From: Chitinophagaceae bacterium
GTDB lineage: Bacteria; Bacteroidota; Bacteroidia; Chitinophagales; Chitinophagaceae
DNA length: 64,000 bases
NCBI GenBank assembly: GCA_019638625.1
Contig: JAHBTK010000001.1
Span: 237,434 to 301,433 of the forward strand
Reading direction: 5' to 3'
Part shown: positions 43,403 through 54,274 of the stretch, one piece after another
Layout: each line of letters begins with the position of its first letter
Numbering within the stretch: position 1 is the first letter of the stretch
The notes under the pieces: model-generated
What the model was told of the DNA's origin: nothing
Database searches by the model: none
The model's input: only the letters and a program-made list of their open reading frames with translations
Program-made: the position numbers and the translations under genes

Positions 43403-43921
43403 ATGGCGTTGATCCTCCCCGTAAAAGATGTGTTACCAACGTTTGGAAACAATTGTTTCCTGGCGCCCAATGCTACGATTGTGGGAGATGTGGTGACAGG
43501 GGATGATTGCAGCGTATGGTTCAACGCGGTGGTGAGGGGCGATGTAAATAGTATACGGATAGGCAATAAGGTAAACATCCAGGATGGCGCCGTTATCCAC
43601 TGCACTTACGAAAAAACAAAAACGATTATCGGTAACAATGTGAGTATAGGGCATAATGCCATCGTACATGGCTGCATTGTGCACGACAATGTATTGATAG
43701 GAATGGGCGCTATTGTAATGGACAACGCCGAAATAGGAAGTAATACGATCATTGCGGCGGGAGCGGTGGTGCTGGAAGGCACCAAAGTAGAAGCGGGAAC
43801 AATATATGCGGGGGTACCGGCAAAAAAGGTAAAGGAGGTGTCGCAGGAACTGATCCACGGAGAAATAGACCGTATTGCCAATAATTACCTGATGTATAGT
43901 AGTTGGTTTAAGAGTGAGTAA
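43403..43921 (+). CDS. Gamma-carbonic anhydrase family (hexapeptide-repeat) protein
   Basis: The 172-aa ORF contains FLAPNATIVGDV, VWFNAVVRGDVNSIRIG, QDGAVIH and IGHNAIVHGC. Confidence 0.92.
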   Translation: MALILPVKDVLPTFGNNCFLAPNATIVGDVVTGDDCSVWFNAVVRGDVNSIRIGNKVNIQDGAVIHCTYEKTKTIIGNNVSIGHNAIVHGCIVHDNVLIGMGAIVMDNAEIGSNTIIAAGAVVLEGTKVEAGTIYAGVPAKKVKEVSQELIHGEIDRIANNYLMYSSWFKSE

Positions 43922-43961
43922 TAAGTGTTAAGTTGTTAGTTAAAAATAAAGAAAGAAGACA

Positions 43962-45056
43962 ATGAAAACGACTCCTTTTACAGAGAAACATATTACGCTG
44001 GGGGCAAAAATGGCTGAATTTGCAGGATACAATATGCCGATAAGCTATTCAGGAATTAATGATGAGCATGCCACTGTTCGCAGCAGGGTAGGGGTGTTTG
44101 ACGTCAGCCACATGGGAGAGTTTATTTTTAAAGGAGAGGGAGCATTGGATTTAATTCAGCGGGTGACTACCAACGATGCTTCCAAACTTACCGATGGTAA
44201 AATACAGTATAGCTGTCTTACCAATGAAAATGGCGGTATCGTGGATGATCTGCTGGTGTACTGTATCGAATATAATAAAGTATATATGCTGGTGGTGAAT
44301 GCTTCTAATATAGAAAAAGACTGGGACTGGATCAGCCATCACAATACCGGGAATGTGGAAATGCATAATATTTCTGACAAAACCGGCTTATTGGCCATAC
44401 AGGGACCGGATGCTACTAAAGTGATCCAGTCACTTACGGACATGGATATCCTTAACCTGAAATATTACACCTTCGTAAATGGGCAGTTTGCAGGTATCGG
44501 TAATGTATTGATCAGCGCTACCGGTTACACCGGTGCAGGTGGGGTGGAAATATATTTTGAGAACAAAGAGGATGACGCCGCCAGAATATGGGATGCCATT
44601 TTTGAAGCGGGCACTTCTTATGGTATTAAGCCGGTAGGACTGGGCGCGAGAGACACGTTAAGGCTGGAGATGGGGTATTGCCTCTATGGAAATGATATAG
44701 ACGATTTCAGTACGCCCCTGGAAGCAGGGCTGGGCTGGATAACGAAATTCAGCAAGGAGTTTACGGCTTCGGAATACCTGCAGAAGCAAAAAGCTGCCGG
44801 TCCGGACAAAAAGCTGGTAGGTTTTGAAATGATTGACCGCGGGATACCCCGTCACGACTATAAAATAAGGGATAAGGAAGGTAACCTTATCGGAAGGGTT
44901 ACTTCGGGTACGCAATCCCCCACTTTGGGCAGGGCGATTGGCCTGGGGTACGTCTCTTCGGAGTTTGCACCCATTGATTCTGAGATATTTATTGATGTAA
45001 GGGACAAATCGCTGCTGGCAAGAGTAGTAAAATTGCCTTTCGTACAACAATCATAA
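43962..45056 (+). CDS. gcvT: Glycine cleavage system aminomethyltransferase T
   Basis: The 364-aa ORF contains [47 protein letters not shown] and [13 protein letters not shown]. Confidence 0.96.
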   Translation: MKTTPFTEKHITLGAKMAEFAGYNMPISYSGINDEHATVRSRVGVFDVSHMGEFIFKGEGALDLIQRVTTNDASKLTDGKIQYSCLTNENGGIVDDLLVYCIEYNKVYMLVVNASNIEKDWDWISHHNTGNVEMHNISDKTGLLAIQGPDATKVIQSLTDMDILNLKYYTFVNGQFAGIGNVLISATGYTGAGGVEIYFENKEDDAARIWDAIFEAGTSYGIKPVGLGARDTLRLEMGYCLYGNDIDDFSTPLEAGLGWITKFSKEFTASEYLQKQKAAGPDKKLVGFEMIDRGIPRHDYKIRDKEGNLIGRVTSGTQSPTLGRAIGLGYVSSEFAPIDSEIFIDVRDKSLLARVVKLPFVQQS

Positions 45057-45144
45057 GGTAAATTCGTTAGTTGTTATGTAGTTCAGGGTTTGTGTCCTGT
45101 TGCATGGAAGGAACCCGTGTTAAAAAACCAAATCTGCCAACAAC

Positions 45145-45618
45145 ATGTCATCCATTCATTTAACCACTTTTATCAAGGCCCCCGTGGAAAGGGTGTTTGA
45201 CCTTTGCCGTAATACCACCATATACAGAAAAGCGCTGAACAACGGCAATGAATCCATTTCTGCCAGCGCGTCTGACATCCTGATAAAACAGGGCGATACC
45301 CTGACATTTTCGGCAAAACATTTGGGGAAGGTAAGAGCGCTGACCGCCCGGATAATTGAAATGGAAAAGCATGAAAAATTCGTAGAGGAGCAGGTAAAAG
45401 GAGACCTGAAAAGCTTCCGGCATGAGCATTATTTCAAGTCTGTGGAGAACGGAACGATTGTGATAGATATGGTGGAAATAGAAGAACCCCGTGATGCTGT
45501 CGGCAGCTTCCTGGGAAAGTTCTTCATGAAAAATTATTTCGAGAAAATTTTCAATAAAAGGAACCAACTGATCAAGCACTATGCCGAATCAGATAAATGG
45601 CGCACTATAATGGGGTAA
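45145..45618 (+). CDS. SRPBCC-superfamily protein (paralog of 40938..41432)
   Basis: The 157-aa ORF reads TTFIKAPVERVFDLCRN...FSAKHLGKVRALTARIIEME...LKSFRHEHYF. Confidence 0.8.
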   Translation: MSSIHLTTFIKAPVERVFDLCRNTTIYRKALNNGNESISASASDILIKQGDTLTFSAKHLGKVRALTARIIEMEKHEKFVEEQVKGDLKSFRHEHYFKSVENGTIVIDMVEIEEPRDAVGSFLGKFFMKNYFEKIFNKRNQLIKHYAESDKWRTIMG

Positions 45619-46701
45619 CTACAGGAATTTGTCGCCTTTGGAGATCCTTATCTGGGACACATATTCTTTTATCTCCTGCTCCTTATCACGTTCGCAGATC
45701 ATCAGCACATCCCCGGTATCGATGATGATATGATTTTCCATTCCCTGCAAAACGATGAGTTTCTCTTTGGGCACCTGGATGATATTTTTGTACGCGTCTA
45801 TCAATAGATAGTTATCAGCGGAAACGGCATTTTCCGCCTCGTCTTTTTCCATGTTGCTATAGGCGGCGTTCCAGGTTCCCAGGTCGCTCCAGCCGAAACT
45901 GGAAGGGATCAGGTACACATTATCCGCTTTTTCCATGATGCCATAGTCAATGGAAATATTGGTCAGCAACGGGTATATTCGTTCAATGGCCATTTTCTCA
46001 TCCGGGGTATTCAGCAGGTTTTGCTCGGTAATGAACACATCATGGAACTCCGGCAGATACTTTTCAAAAGCCTGTACGATCGAGCGTACTTTCCATACAA
46101 ATATCCCTGAGTTCCAAAGAAAATCACCACTTTCCAGGAATGTTTTGGCAATCTCCAGGTCAGGTTTTTCGGTAAAGGTTTTTACTTTATATACGTTGTC
46201 GCTTACTTCGTGTTGTTCTATCTGTATATATCCGTACCCGGTGTTGGGGTGGGTAGGTTTTATACCCAGTGTAGTGAGGGCATTGTTCACGCGAACAAAA
46301 CTGAGGGCCTCAATACATACTTTTTTAAAAGCAATTTGTTCCAGTATCAGGTGATCCGCCGGTGCGCAGATCAGGCAGCCTTCGGAGTTGAGCTTATTCA
46401 GCTTATAGGAAATATAGGCGATGCACGGCGCTGTATTTTTTCTTGAAGGCTCTCCCAGGATATTCTGCTCCGGAATATCAGGGATCTGCATCTTTACGAT
46501 CGGGATATATTCTTCCGAAGTAATGATGTAGATATTTTCCAGCGGAACAAAATCCGCAAAGCGCTCAAAAGTGTGCTGTATGAGTGTTTTTCCTGTATTA
46601 AGAATGTCCAGAAACTGCTTGGGGTAGGCTGTACGGCTTAAGGGCCAAAACCGGCTTCCTATGCCTCCGGCCATTATTGCAACATAGTAGTTTTTCCTCA
46701 T
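45619..46701 (-). CDS. Mannose-1-phosphate guanylyltransferase (nucleotidyltransferase only, no isomerase domain)
   Basis: The 360-aa ORF begins VAIMAGGIGSRFWPLSRTAYPKQFLDI and contains GYGYIQ and DLGTWNA. Confidence 0.9.
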   Translation of the reverse strand: MRKNYYVAIMAGGIGSRFWPLSRTAYPKQFLDILNTGKTLIQHTFERFADFVPLENIYIITSEEYIPIVKMQIPDIPEQNILGEPSRKNTAPCIAYISYKLNKLNSEGCLICAPADHLILEQIAFKKVCIEALSFVRVNNALTTLGIKPTHPNTGYGYIQIEQHEVSDNVYKVKTFTEKPDLEIAKTFLESGDFLWNSGIFVWKVRSIVQAFEKYLPEFHDVFITEQNLLNTPDEKMAIERIYPLLTNISIDYGIMEKADNVYLIPSSFGWSDLGTWNAAYSNMEKDEAENAVSADNYLLIDAYKNIIQVPKEKLIVLQGMENHIIIDTGDVLMICERDKEQEIKEYVSQIRISKGDKFL

Positions 46702-46786
46702 GATGATTTAGAATAGATGTAAAAATAAGCCCTATACTTTGTTTCTGCGCAATATACTTCGGTAATTCCGGCATACAATAGTCGTA

Positions 46787-47749
46787 CTAAATAATTCCTT
46801 CCCTCACCAGGTCATGTAAATGTAAAATGCCGGTGTATTGGTTGTCATTTTCAGTAACCAGCAACTGGCTGATACTGTTTTTGCGCATAATATCCAGCGC
46901 CGACACTGCCAGTTGGGATGCTTCGATGGTTTTCGGATTGCTGCTCATAATGTCGGCAGCGGTAATGCCTGCGAGGTTTTCTTTTTGTTGCAGCATACGG
47001 CGAAGGTCTCCGTCTGTAATGATGCCGCATATGCGGTCCCCGTCAATTACGGCGGTGGCGCCCATACGGTTTTGTGTGATGGCTACCATTACTTCTTTCA
47101 AACCGCTGTGTAGAGTAACCGAGGGACGGGCGTTCTTCATAAAAAGATCGGAAACGCGTAAATACAATCTTTTTCCCAATGTGCCCCCCGGATGAAATTT
47201 GGCGAAGTCTTCACTGGCAAAGCCCTTGCTTTCCATCAGGCAAACGGCCAGCGCGTCGCCCATCGCCAGTTGCGCGGTGGTGCTGGTGGTGGGAGCCAGG
47301 TTATTGGGGCAGGCTTCTTGGGCGACAGTTGTGTTCAATATATAACTGGCATTGGCAGCCAGGTAGGATTGCAGGTTACCCGTCATCGCTATTACCGGGT
47401 TGCCAAAATTTTTTATAATGGGAAGCAGTACTCTTATTTCTGCGCTTTCGCCGCTTTTACTGATCAGCATCACAATATCCTCCGGCTGCACGGTTCCCAG
47501 ATCACCGTGAATGGCGTCAGTAGCGTGCAAAAAAGAGGCGGAGGTTCCTGTTGAATTGAGGGTAGCTACTATTTTTTGGGCTATCAGCGCACTTTTGCCC
47601 ACACCACTGATAACTACTTTGCCATGGCAGTCCGAAATCAACGCAACTACTGCTTCAAACTGACCGTCAATGTATTCTGCAAGCTGTTTTACAGATTCTG
47701 CCTCCAGCAGTATGGTTCGCCTGGCTATATCCCGGATATTTTTTGACAT
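46787..47749 (-). CDS. kpsF: KpsF/GutQ-family arabinose-5-phosphate isomerase (SIS plus two CBS domains)
   Basis: The 320-aa ORF contains VVISGVGKSALIAQKIVATL, ISKSGES and FHPGGTLGKRL. CBS repeats fill the C-terminal half. Confidence 0.92.
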   Translation of the reverse strand: MSKNIRDIARRTILLEAESVKQLAEYIDGQFEAVVALISDCHGKVVISGVGKSALIAQKIVATLNSTGTSASFLHATDAIHGDLGTVQPEDIVMLISKSGESAEIRVLLPIIKNFGNPVIAMTGNLQSYLAANASYILNTTVAQEACPNNLAPTTSTTAQLAMGDALAVCLMESKGFASEDFAKFHPGGTLGKRLYLRVSDLFMKNARPSVTLHSGLKEVMVAITQNRMGATAVIDGDRICGIITDGDLRRMLQQKENLAGITAADIMSSNPKTIEASQLAVSALDIMRKNSISQLLVTENDNQYTGILHLHDLVREGII

Positions 47750-48005
47750 ATTAAATGTTGCAAACCTACTTGAAATTGACAGTCCGGCAAAACCACAGGA
47801 TCTGCCTCCTACGAAATTAGATATAGCGAATATCTTAAATGTAGAACTTTTTTCTTATCTTATAGCACTTTTCAATTATGGTGTACATTCCGGAACCAAT
47901 ATTAACGGAATTAATCTTCAAAAAAACATCTTATTGTAGTAACTTCGGGCACTTTTTAAATGCATGATTTCATGCATGGCAAGTGTGCAGAAATGATAGA
48001 TAGAC

Positions 48006-50288
48006 ATGGCAACAGTAAAGAAAACTGCTTCTAAAGCAAAAACAGCACCCAGGGCTTCCAAAAATGGTATTTCTAAAGCTAAATCAAATAAGGCGGCTGA
48101 TATAAACCTTCTCGACGGGCTCCAGGAATATTTCGGTTTTGATAGTTTTAAAGGAAATCAACAGGCGGCAATAGAAAGCCTGCTGGCCGGTAATGATACG
48201 TTTGTAATAAAACCAACGGGGGGAGGTAAAAGCCTGTGTTATCAGTTGCCCGCGCTGCTGAGGCCCGGTTGTGCCATTGTGGTGTCGCCGCTTATAGCCC
48301 TTATGAAAAACCAGGTGGACCTGGTAAGGGGCTACAGCAGCAATGATAATGTGGCGCATTTTTTAAACTCTACCCTTACAAAAAAAGAAATAAAGGAAGT
48401 ACAGGATGACCTGAAACAAGGGCATACCAAGCTGCTATATGTAGCCCCGGAAACCCTGACCAAGCAGGAGAACCTGGATTTTTTCCGGGAACTGGAGCTT
48501 TCCTTTTTTGCCGTGGACGAGGCGCATTGTATCTCTGAATGGGGGCACGACTTTCGCCCGGAATACCGCCGCCTGCGGGAAATGATGACCGAGATCAATC
48601 CTGATATACCGGTAATTGCACTTACGGCAACCGCTACCCCCAAAGTACAAAGTGACATTGTTAAAAACCTGGGGTTGCGCGATCCGAAAATATTTATATC
48701 CTCTTTTAATCGTTCCAACCTTTACTACGAGATTCTCCCGAAGATCAAAAAGGATCAGACGATAAAGAGTATGGTTAAGTTTATTGTGGGAATGAAGGGA
48801 AAGAGCGGCATCATATATACGCTTAACCGGAAAACAACGGAAGAGCTTTCTGATGTGCTTACTGCCAATGGAATTAAATCCGTTCCTTACCATGCAGGTT
48901 TTGATGGTAAATTAAGAGCAGAGCGGCAGGACCTGTTCCTGAATGAAGATGTACAGGTGATCGTGGCCACCATTGCCTTCGGGATGGGGATTGATAAGCC
49001 GGATATCCGTTTTGTGATCCATTATAATATTCCCAAATCGATAGAAAACTATTACCAGGAAACCGGCCGTGCCGGTCGCGACGGGCTGGAAGGAAAATGC
49101 ATCCTGTATTATTCGCACAAGGATGTTGCCAAACTGGAGCACCTGATGCGCGACAAACCATTGAGCGAAAGGGAGGTGGGAGCGCAACTGATCAGTGAAA
49201 CCGTTGCTTTTGCGGAAGCGGGTGTTTGTCGCCGTAAGATACTGATGAGTTATTTTGGCGAAAGCTATACGCAGGAAAACTGTGGTAACTGCGATAACTG
49301 CCTGCATCCCAAAGAAAGGCTGGAAGCCAAAGATGATGCAGTGAAAGTGATAAAGGTGGTACGGAAACTGGAAGAGCGGTTTGCGACGGATTACGTGGTA
49401 AATATGTTGATTGGACGGCTTACCCCACAGATCAATATGTATCGTCATGGAGGCCTGGCTGAGTTCTCCAGTGGAAATGATCAGCCCGATCACTACTGGA
49501 ATTCGCTGATACGGCAAATGTTGCTGGAAGGGTTGCTGGAAAAAGATATAGAGGAATATGGTGTGTTGAAGCTGGGCGCCAGGGGAGAGAAATTCCTGAA
49601 GAAACCTTCTTCCTTCAAAGTAGTGCTGAATAATTTGTATGAAGATGCCAATGAGGATGATGAAGAGGGAACTGAAGCGGTAGCCGGCGGTGGCACCGAT
49701 CAGCAACTGTTTGAGATGCTGAAAAATCTGCGGCAGCAGGAAGCCCGGAAAAAAGGCTTGCCGCCTTTTGTTATTTTCCTGGAAACTTCCCTGCAGGATA
49801 TGGCTACCCTGTACCCCACCACCACCACGGAACTGGAAAAATGCCAGGGTGTGAGCAAGGGAAAGGCGCTCCGGTATGGAAAACCTTTTGTAGAGCTGAT
49901 CGCACGGTATGTAGAGGAGAACAATATTGAAAAACCGGACGACTTTGTGATGAAGAGTGTGGTGAACAAAAGCGGTTTAAAAGTGTACATCATTCAGCAG
50001 ACCGATAAGAAAATACCCCTGGAATCCATAGCCAAAAACAAAGATATTCGCCTGGATGCCCTGCTGGAAGAAATGGAAACCATTGCTGCCAGCGGCACCA
50101 AGTTAAACCTTGACTATGCGATAGACGAGATGGTGGATGAATACGACCAGGAAGATATCCTGGATTATTTTAAAAGTTGTGAAACCTCTTCCCTGCAGGT
50201 AGCCCAGCAGGAGTTGAGTGAAGGAAGTTTTACCTGGGAACAGCTTAAAATAATGCGTATTAAGTTCCTGAACGAATATGGTATGTAG
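48006..50288 (+). CDS. recQ: ATP-dependent DNA helicase RecQ (with RQC and HRDC regions)
   Basis: The 760-aa ORF contains FGFDSFKGNQQAAIESLL, PTGGGKSLCYQLPA, DEAHCISEWGHDFRPEY, ATIAFGMGIDKPDIRFVIHY and QETGRAGRDG. A Zn-binding Cys cluster (CRRK..CGNCDNC) is also present. Confidence 0.97.
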   Translation: MATVKKTASKAKTAPRASKNGISKAKSNKAADINLLDGLQEYFGFDSFKGNQQAAIESLLAGNDTFVIKPTGGGKSLCYQLPALLRPGCAIVVSPLIALMKNQVDLVRGYSSNDNVAHFLNSTLTKKEIKEVQDDLKQGHTKLLYVAPETLTKQENLDFFRELELSFFAVDEAHCISEWGHDFRPEYRRLREMMTEINPDIPVIALTATATPKVQSDIVKNLGLRDPKIFISSFNRSNLYYEILPKIKKDQTIKSMVKFIVGMKGKSGIIYTLNRKTTEELSDVLTANGIKSVPYHAGFDGKLRAERQDLFLNEDVQVIVATIAFGMGIDKPDIRFVIHYNIPKSIENYYQETGRAGRDGLEGKCILYYSHKDVAKLEHLMRDKPLSEREVGAQLISETVAFAEAGVCRRKILMSYFGESYTQENCGNCDNCLHPKERLEAKDDAVKVIKVVRKLEERFATDYVVNMLIGRLTPQINMYRHGGLAEFSSGNDQPDHYWNSLIRQMLLEGLLEKDIEEYGVLKLGARGEKFLKKPSSFKVVLNNLYEDANEDDEEGTEAVAGGGTDQQLFEMLKNLRQQEARKKGLPPFVIFLETSLQDMATLYPTTTTELEKCQGVSKGKALRYGKPFVELIARYVEENNIEKPDDFVMKSVVNKSGLKVYIIQQTDKKIPLESIAKNKDIRLDALLEEMETIAASGTKLNLDYAIDEMVDEYDQEDILDYFKSCETSSLQVAQQELSEGSFTWEQLKIMRIKFLNEYGM

Positions 50289-50423
50289 TACCAACACGCC
50301 GTATTATCCACCTGTTTCTTGCCATAATAACATTTCTTTTTGCTGCTGCCTGCGTGAGCGGTGGTTTGTTGGTATAACTTTGCCTTACTGCCATATGTTT
50401 TGCTAATATCTAAATGATAATTT

Positions 50424-51938
50424 ATGAGCAAGACTTTTTTCAACAATGATGAAACGGATGTGGTACTGATCGGCGCTGGTATAATGAGCGCTACGCTGGG
50501 CGTGATGCTTAAGGAACTGCAACCGGATATCAGGATACAGGTGCTGGAACGGCTGGACACCGTAGCTGCTGAAAGCACAGATGCCTGGAACAATGCCGGC
50601 ACCGGGCATTCCGCGTTTTGTGAACTAAACTATACCCCGCAACAGGAAGACGGAACCGTAGATTGTGGAAAGGCGGTGAAAATAGCCGGGCAGTTTGAGC
50701 AAAGCAAGGAGTTCTGGACCTACCTTATAGAAAAGGGAGATATCAAAAACCCTCATGATTTCATCAGGTCTGTGCCGCATATCAGCTTCGTTATAGGAGA
50801 AGAAAATGTAAAATACCTGAAAAAAAGATTCGATGGATTATCCGCCTATAATCTTTTTGAAGGGATGGAATATTCTGAAGACAGCGATACCATCGCCAAC
50901 TGGGTACCGATCGTAATGGAGGGGAGAAGCCCGGACGAGAAAGTAGCGGCTACAAAAATGGATATCGGAACAGATGTGAATTTTGGCGCGCTGACACGTA
51001 AGCTTTTCAGGTATTTATTTGACTATTCAGACATAAAACTTCACCTGGCACACGAGGTGCAGGATTTGAAACAGGATAAGGACGGCCGCTGGAAACTGGA
51101 GGTAAAAAACCTTACTACCGGAAAAAAAAGAACTATTACAGCAAAGTTTGTATTCATCGGAGCCGGCGGAGGCTCTCTGCCGTTACTGGAGGAGTCGGGC
51201 ATACCGGAGAGTAAGGGATATGGTGGCTTCCCGGTAAGCGGGCAATGGCTGATATGCAATAACCCCGAAGTGATAGCGAAACACAATGCCAAGGTATATG
51301 GAAAAGCGGCTGTCGGGGCGCCTCCTATGAGTGTGCCGCACCTGGATACCCGGGTGATCGATGGAAGGAGGTCCCTGCTTTTCGGACCCTATGCCGGGTT
51401 CTCTACCAAGTTTTTAAAGAACGGCTCTTTCTGGGACCTGCCCGGTTCCATCAAAATAAGCAATATTAAACCCATCGTGATGGCGGGAATACACAATATT
51501 CCTCTTACAAAATACCTGATAGAACAGGTAAGCCAGTCGCCTGAAGACAGGATGGCGGCGCTGAGAGAATATTTCCCCAATGCGGAAAGTAAAGACTGGG
51601 ACCTGGAGGTAGCGGGACAAAGAGTGCAGGTGATAAAAAAAGATGAAAACGAGGGTGGTATCCTGGAATTCGGTACTGAAGTTGTTAATGCCGCTGATGG
51701 TTCTATTGCCGCCCTGCTGGGCGCTTCGCCCGGCGCTTCTACCGCTGTTTCCATTATGCTGGATCTGCTGAAGCGCTGCTTTGCAGATAAGATCAACAGT
51801 AGTGAATGGCAAAATAAGATGAAGGAAATGATACCTTCTTACGGCTTATCCCTGGCAGACAATGACGCGTTGTTGCGGGAAACAAGGCATCGGACGACAG
51901 CAGCCCTCGGACTCAGTGAAATTGGAGAAGCCGTATAG
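50424..51938 (+). CDS. mqo: Malate:quinone oxidoreductase
   Basis: The 504-aa ORF begins DVVLIGAGIMSATLGVMLKEL and contains NNAGTGHSAFCELNYT and GASPGASTAV. Confidence 0.95.
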   Translation: MSKTFFNNDETDVVLIGAGIMSATLGVMLKELQPDIRIQVLERLDTVAAESTDAWNNAGTGHSAFCELNYTPQQEDGTVDCGKAVKIAGQFEQSKEFWTYLIEKGDIKNPHDFIRSVPHISFVIGEENVKYLKKRFDGLSAYNLFEGMEYSEDSDTIANWVPIVMEGRSPDEKVAATKMDIGTDVNFGALTRKLFRYLFDYSDIKLHLAHEVQDLKQDKDGRWKLEVKNLTTGKKRTITAKFVFIGAGGGSLPLLEESGIPESKGYGGFPVSGQWLICNNPEVIAKHNAKVYGKAAVGAPPMSVPHLDTRVIDGRRSLLFGPYAGFSTKFLKNGSFWDLPGSIKISNIKPIVMAGIHNIPLTKYLIEQVSQSPEDRMAALREYFPNAESKDWDLEVAGQRVQVIKKDENEGGILEFGTEVVNAADGSIAALLGASPGASTAVSIMLDLLKRCFADKINSSEWQNKMKEMIPSYGLSLADNDALLRETRHRTTAALGLSEIGEAV

Positions 51939-52000
51939 TTATTACCAACAACATCCGCGCAGCGGGAACATTATACCTTAGCGAGGGGAGTACCTGCAGA

Positions 52001-52843
52001 CTATACCTGCTCCAGCTTAAATATATCTTTCGCCCGGATACCCTTGTCTGTCATTGCCAGATTGCAGCATTCGTGTACCGGATCGTGCTCAAAAAACAGG
52101 ATCATATTTCCCTGCAGCACTTCCTGCAACAGGATCTTCTTTTCCTGCAATGTGGTTAAAGGAAACATATCGTAGGCCATTACATAGGGTAGGGGGATAT
52201 GCCCCAGCGAAGGCAGCAGGTCCGCTGCATATACAATGGTTTTGCCTTTGTAATTATTGATCTGGGGCAGCATCATCGCCTGTGTGTGCCCGTTAACAAA
52301 ACGGATGGTGACATTATCCGAAAAGGCGATATCTTCTCTTATTTCAATAAAACGGAGTTTCCCGCTATCCTGTATAGGCTGAATGTTTTCTTTCAGAAAA
52401 GAGGCTTTCTCCCGGTCGTTGGGCTTAGTGGCCCATTGCCAGTGTTTTTCATTACTCCAGAACGTTGCATTTTTGAAAGCAGGCACCATCTTATTGTTTT
52501 CGATAACGATAGCGCCGCCCACATGGTCGAAATGCAGGTGCGTCAGCAATACATCAGTGATATCGTCTCTGCGAAAGCCATACTTTGCTAATGATTTATC
52601 CAGTGTATCCTCACCGTGCAGGTGATAATGTCCCATAAATTTTGTATCCTGCTTATTGCCTATGCCGGTGTCCACCAGTATTAGCCTGCTACCGTCCTCG
52701 ATCAGCAGGCTACGCATTGCCCAGGAGCAAAGATTGTTTTCGTCAGCCGGGTTCAGCTTGTTCCAGATGGATTTGGGCACTACCCCGAACATGGCGCCCC
52801 CATCGAGTTTAAAATGTCCCGTATTGATTGAATATAATTTCAT
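52001..52843 (-). CDS. MBL-fold metallo-hydrolase
   Basis: The 280-aa ORF carries the motif LLTHLHFDHVGG. Confidence 0.88.
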   Translation of the reverse strand: MKLYSINTGHFKLDGGAMFGVVPKSIWNKLNPADENNLCSWAMRSLLIEDGSRLILVDTGIGNKQDTKFMGHYHLHGEDTLDKSLAKYGFRRDDITDVLLTHLHFDHVGGAIVIENNKMVPAFKNATFWSNEKHWQWATKPNDREKASFLKENIQPIQDSGKLRFIEIREDIAFSDNVTIRFVNGHTQAMMLPQINNYKGKTIVYAADLLPSLGHIPLPYVMAYDMFPLTTLQEKKILLQEVLQGNMILFFEHDPVHECCNLAMTDKGIRAKDIFKLEQV

Positions 52844-52911
52844 GTTTGTCTTCGTTGCTGTTTGCAGGAAACAGGATACCGGTATGCTTTACGACCGGTA
52901 TCCTGTAGTTC

Positions 52912-53463
52912 CTATTGCTTCCATGGAATATCTTCAATATTATATAGCTGTCCCGTATACCGGGCCAATACAAACAAATAATCGCTCAGCCTGTTAAGAT
53001 AAGGTATAATTGCCGGAGGCGGCGGGGCGTTTTCCGCAAGCCTTACACAATGCCGTTCCGCTCTTCTGCAAACCGTTCTTGCGATGTGAATATAGGAAAT
53101 ATGTACATGCCCCCCGGGCAGGATAAAGTTCTTCAGCGGGGGAAGGTTACCCTCCATGCGGTCAATTGCTGATTCCAGGATCTGTATGGCTGTGAGCGGC
53201 AGTTCCGGGATGGACATCCCTGTTTTCTTTTCAGGATCGCAGGCCAATTGTGAACCTATTACAAACAGATTGTTTTGAATGGTAAACAGTGCCTCGCGGG
53301 TTTGTTCATCCGCTAATACATCCCTGCAAAGACCGATATGAGCATTAAGCTCATCGACGGCGCCATAAGCGTCTATGCGTATGTCGGATTTGGAAACCTT
53401 TGTACCACCGATCAGGGAAGTGCTGCCCTTATCGCCTGTCTTTGTATAAATCTTAAAAGCCAA
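52912..53463 (-). CDS. PduO-type ATP:cob(I)alamin adenosyltransferase
   Basis: The 183-aa ORF begins KIYTKTGDKGSTSL and contains DAYGAVDELNAHIGL and FILPGG. The track start at 53463 is a TTG. Confidence 0.92.
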   Translation of the reverse strand: MAFKIYTKTGDKGSTSLIGGTKVSKSDIRIDAYGAVDELNAHIGLCRDVLADEQTREALFTIQNNLFVIGSQLACDPEKKTGMSIPELPLTAIQILESAIDRMEGNLPPLKNFILPGGHVHISYIHIARTVCRRAERHCVRLAENAPPPPAIIPYLNRLSDYLFVLARYTGQLYNIEDIPWKQ

Positions 53464-53480
53464 GACCGTTGTTTTGAGCG

Positions 53481-54185
53481 CTAAGTTAACGCTTCGGCAG
53501 GGAATGTTTTTTTATCAGATTCTATAACACCGTCCCGCAGGCGAACAATTCTTTTGGCATAATTGGCGATATCTTCTTCGTGGGTCACCAGCACAATGGT
53601 ATTGCCTGCTTCCTGCAGCTTCGAAAATATGGCCATGATTTCGTAAGAGGTTTTCGTATCGAGGTTACCGGTTGGTTCGTCTGCCAGCAGCAATGCCGGG
53701 TTGTTAACCAGCGCTCTGGCAATAGCCACCCGCTGGCACTGCCCCCCGCTCAGTTCGTTGGGGCGGTGGTGACTTCTGTCCGCAAGGTCCACCTGCTCCA
53801 GCACCCGCATAGCCATTTCTGTGCGTTGTTTTTTGGAAATGCCGGAGTAGATCAGCGGTAACGCTACGTTTTCTGCAGCGGTTAGCTTGGGGAGTAAGTT
53901 AAATTGCTGAAATACAAACCCTATCTCTTTGTTCCGAATCTCTGCCAGGTCATTGTCCGCCATCAGACTTACCCGGTGACCATTCAGCACATATTCCCCA
54001 CCGGTGGGAGAGTCGAGGCATCCGATAATGTTCATAAGGGTACTTTTGCCGGATCCGGAGGGTCCCATCAAAGCCACATATTCATTCTTGTGGATATCCA
54101 GAGAGATACCTTTCAGTACCTGCAGTTCCTGTTTCCCCATATAGTAGCTTTTCCTGATGTTTTCCAGGTGAATGATAGACTGCAT
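53481..54185 (-). CDS. ABC transporter ATP-binding protein (MacB/LolD-like)
   Basis: I chose the internal ATG at 54185 ([14 protein letters not shown]). The ORF contains the Walker A motif GPSGSGKST, the signature [15 protein letters not shown] and the Walker B motif LLLADEPT. Confidence 0.94.
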   Translation of the reverse strand: MQSIIHLENIRKSYYMGKQELQVLKGISLDIHKNEYVALMGPSGSGKSTLMNIIGCLDSPTGGEYVLNGHRVSLMADNDLAEIRNKEIGFVFQQFNLLPKLTAAENVALPLIYSGISKKQRTEMAMRVLEQVDLADRSHHRPNELSGGQCQRVAIARALVNNPALLLADEPTGNLDTKTSYEIMAIFSKLQEAGNTIVLVTHEEDIANYAKRIVRLRDGVIESDKKTFPAEALT

Positions 54186-54274
54186 AAATAAATTCTTTAG
54201 CAAATGTTCCCAACAAATATAAGCCAAACGGGGTACCAAAACGCAGGAAATGTGAGCAGCGGTAGCAGGCGCTT

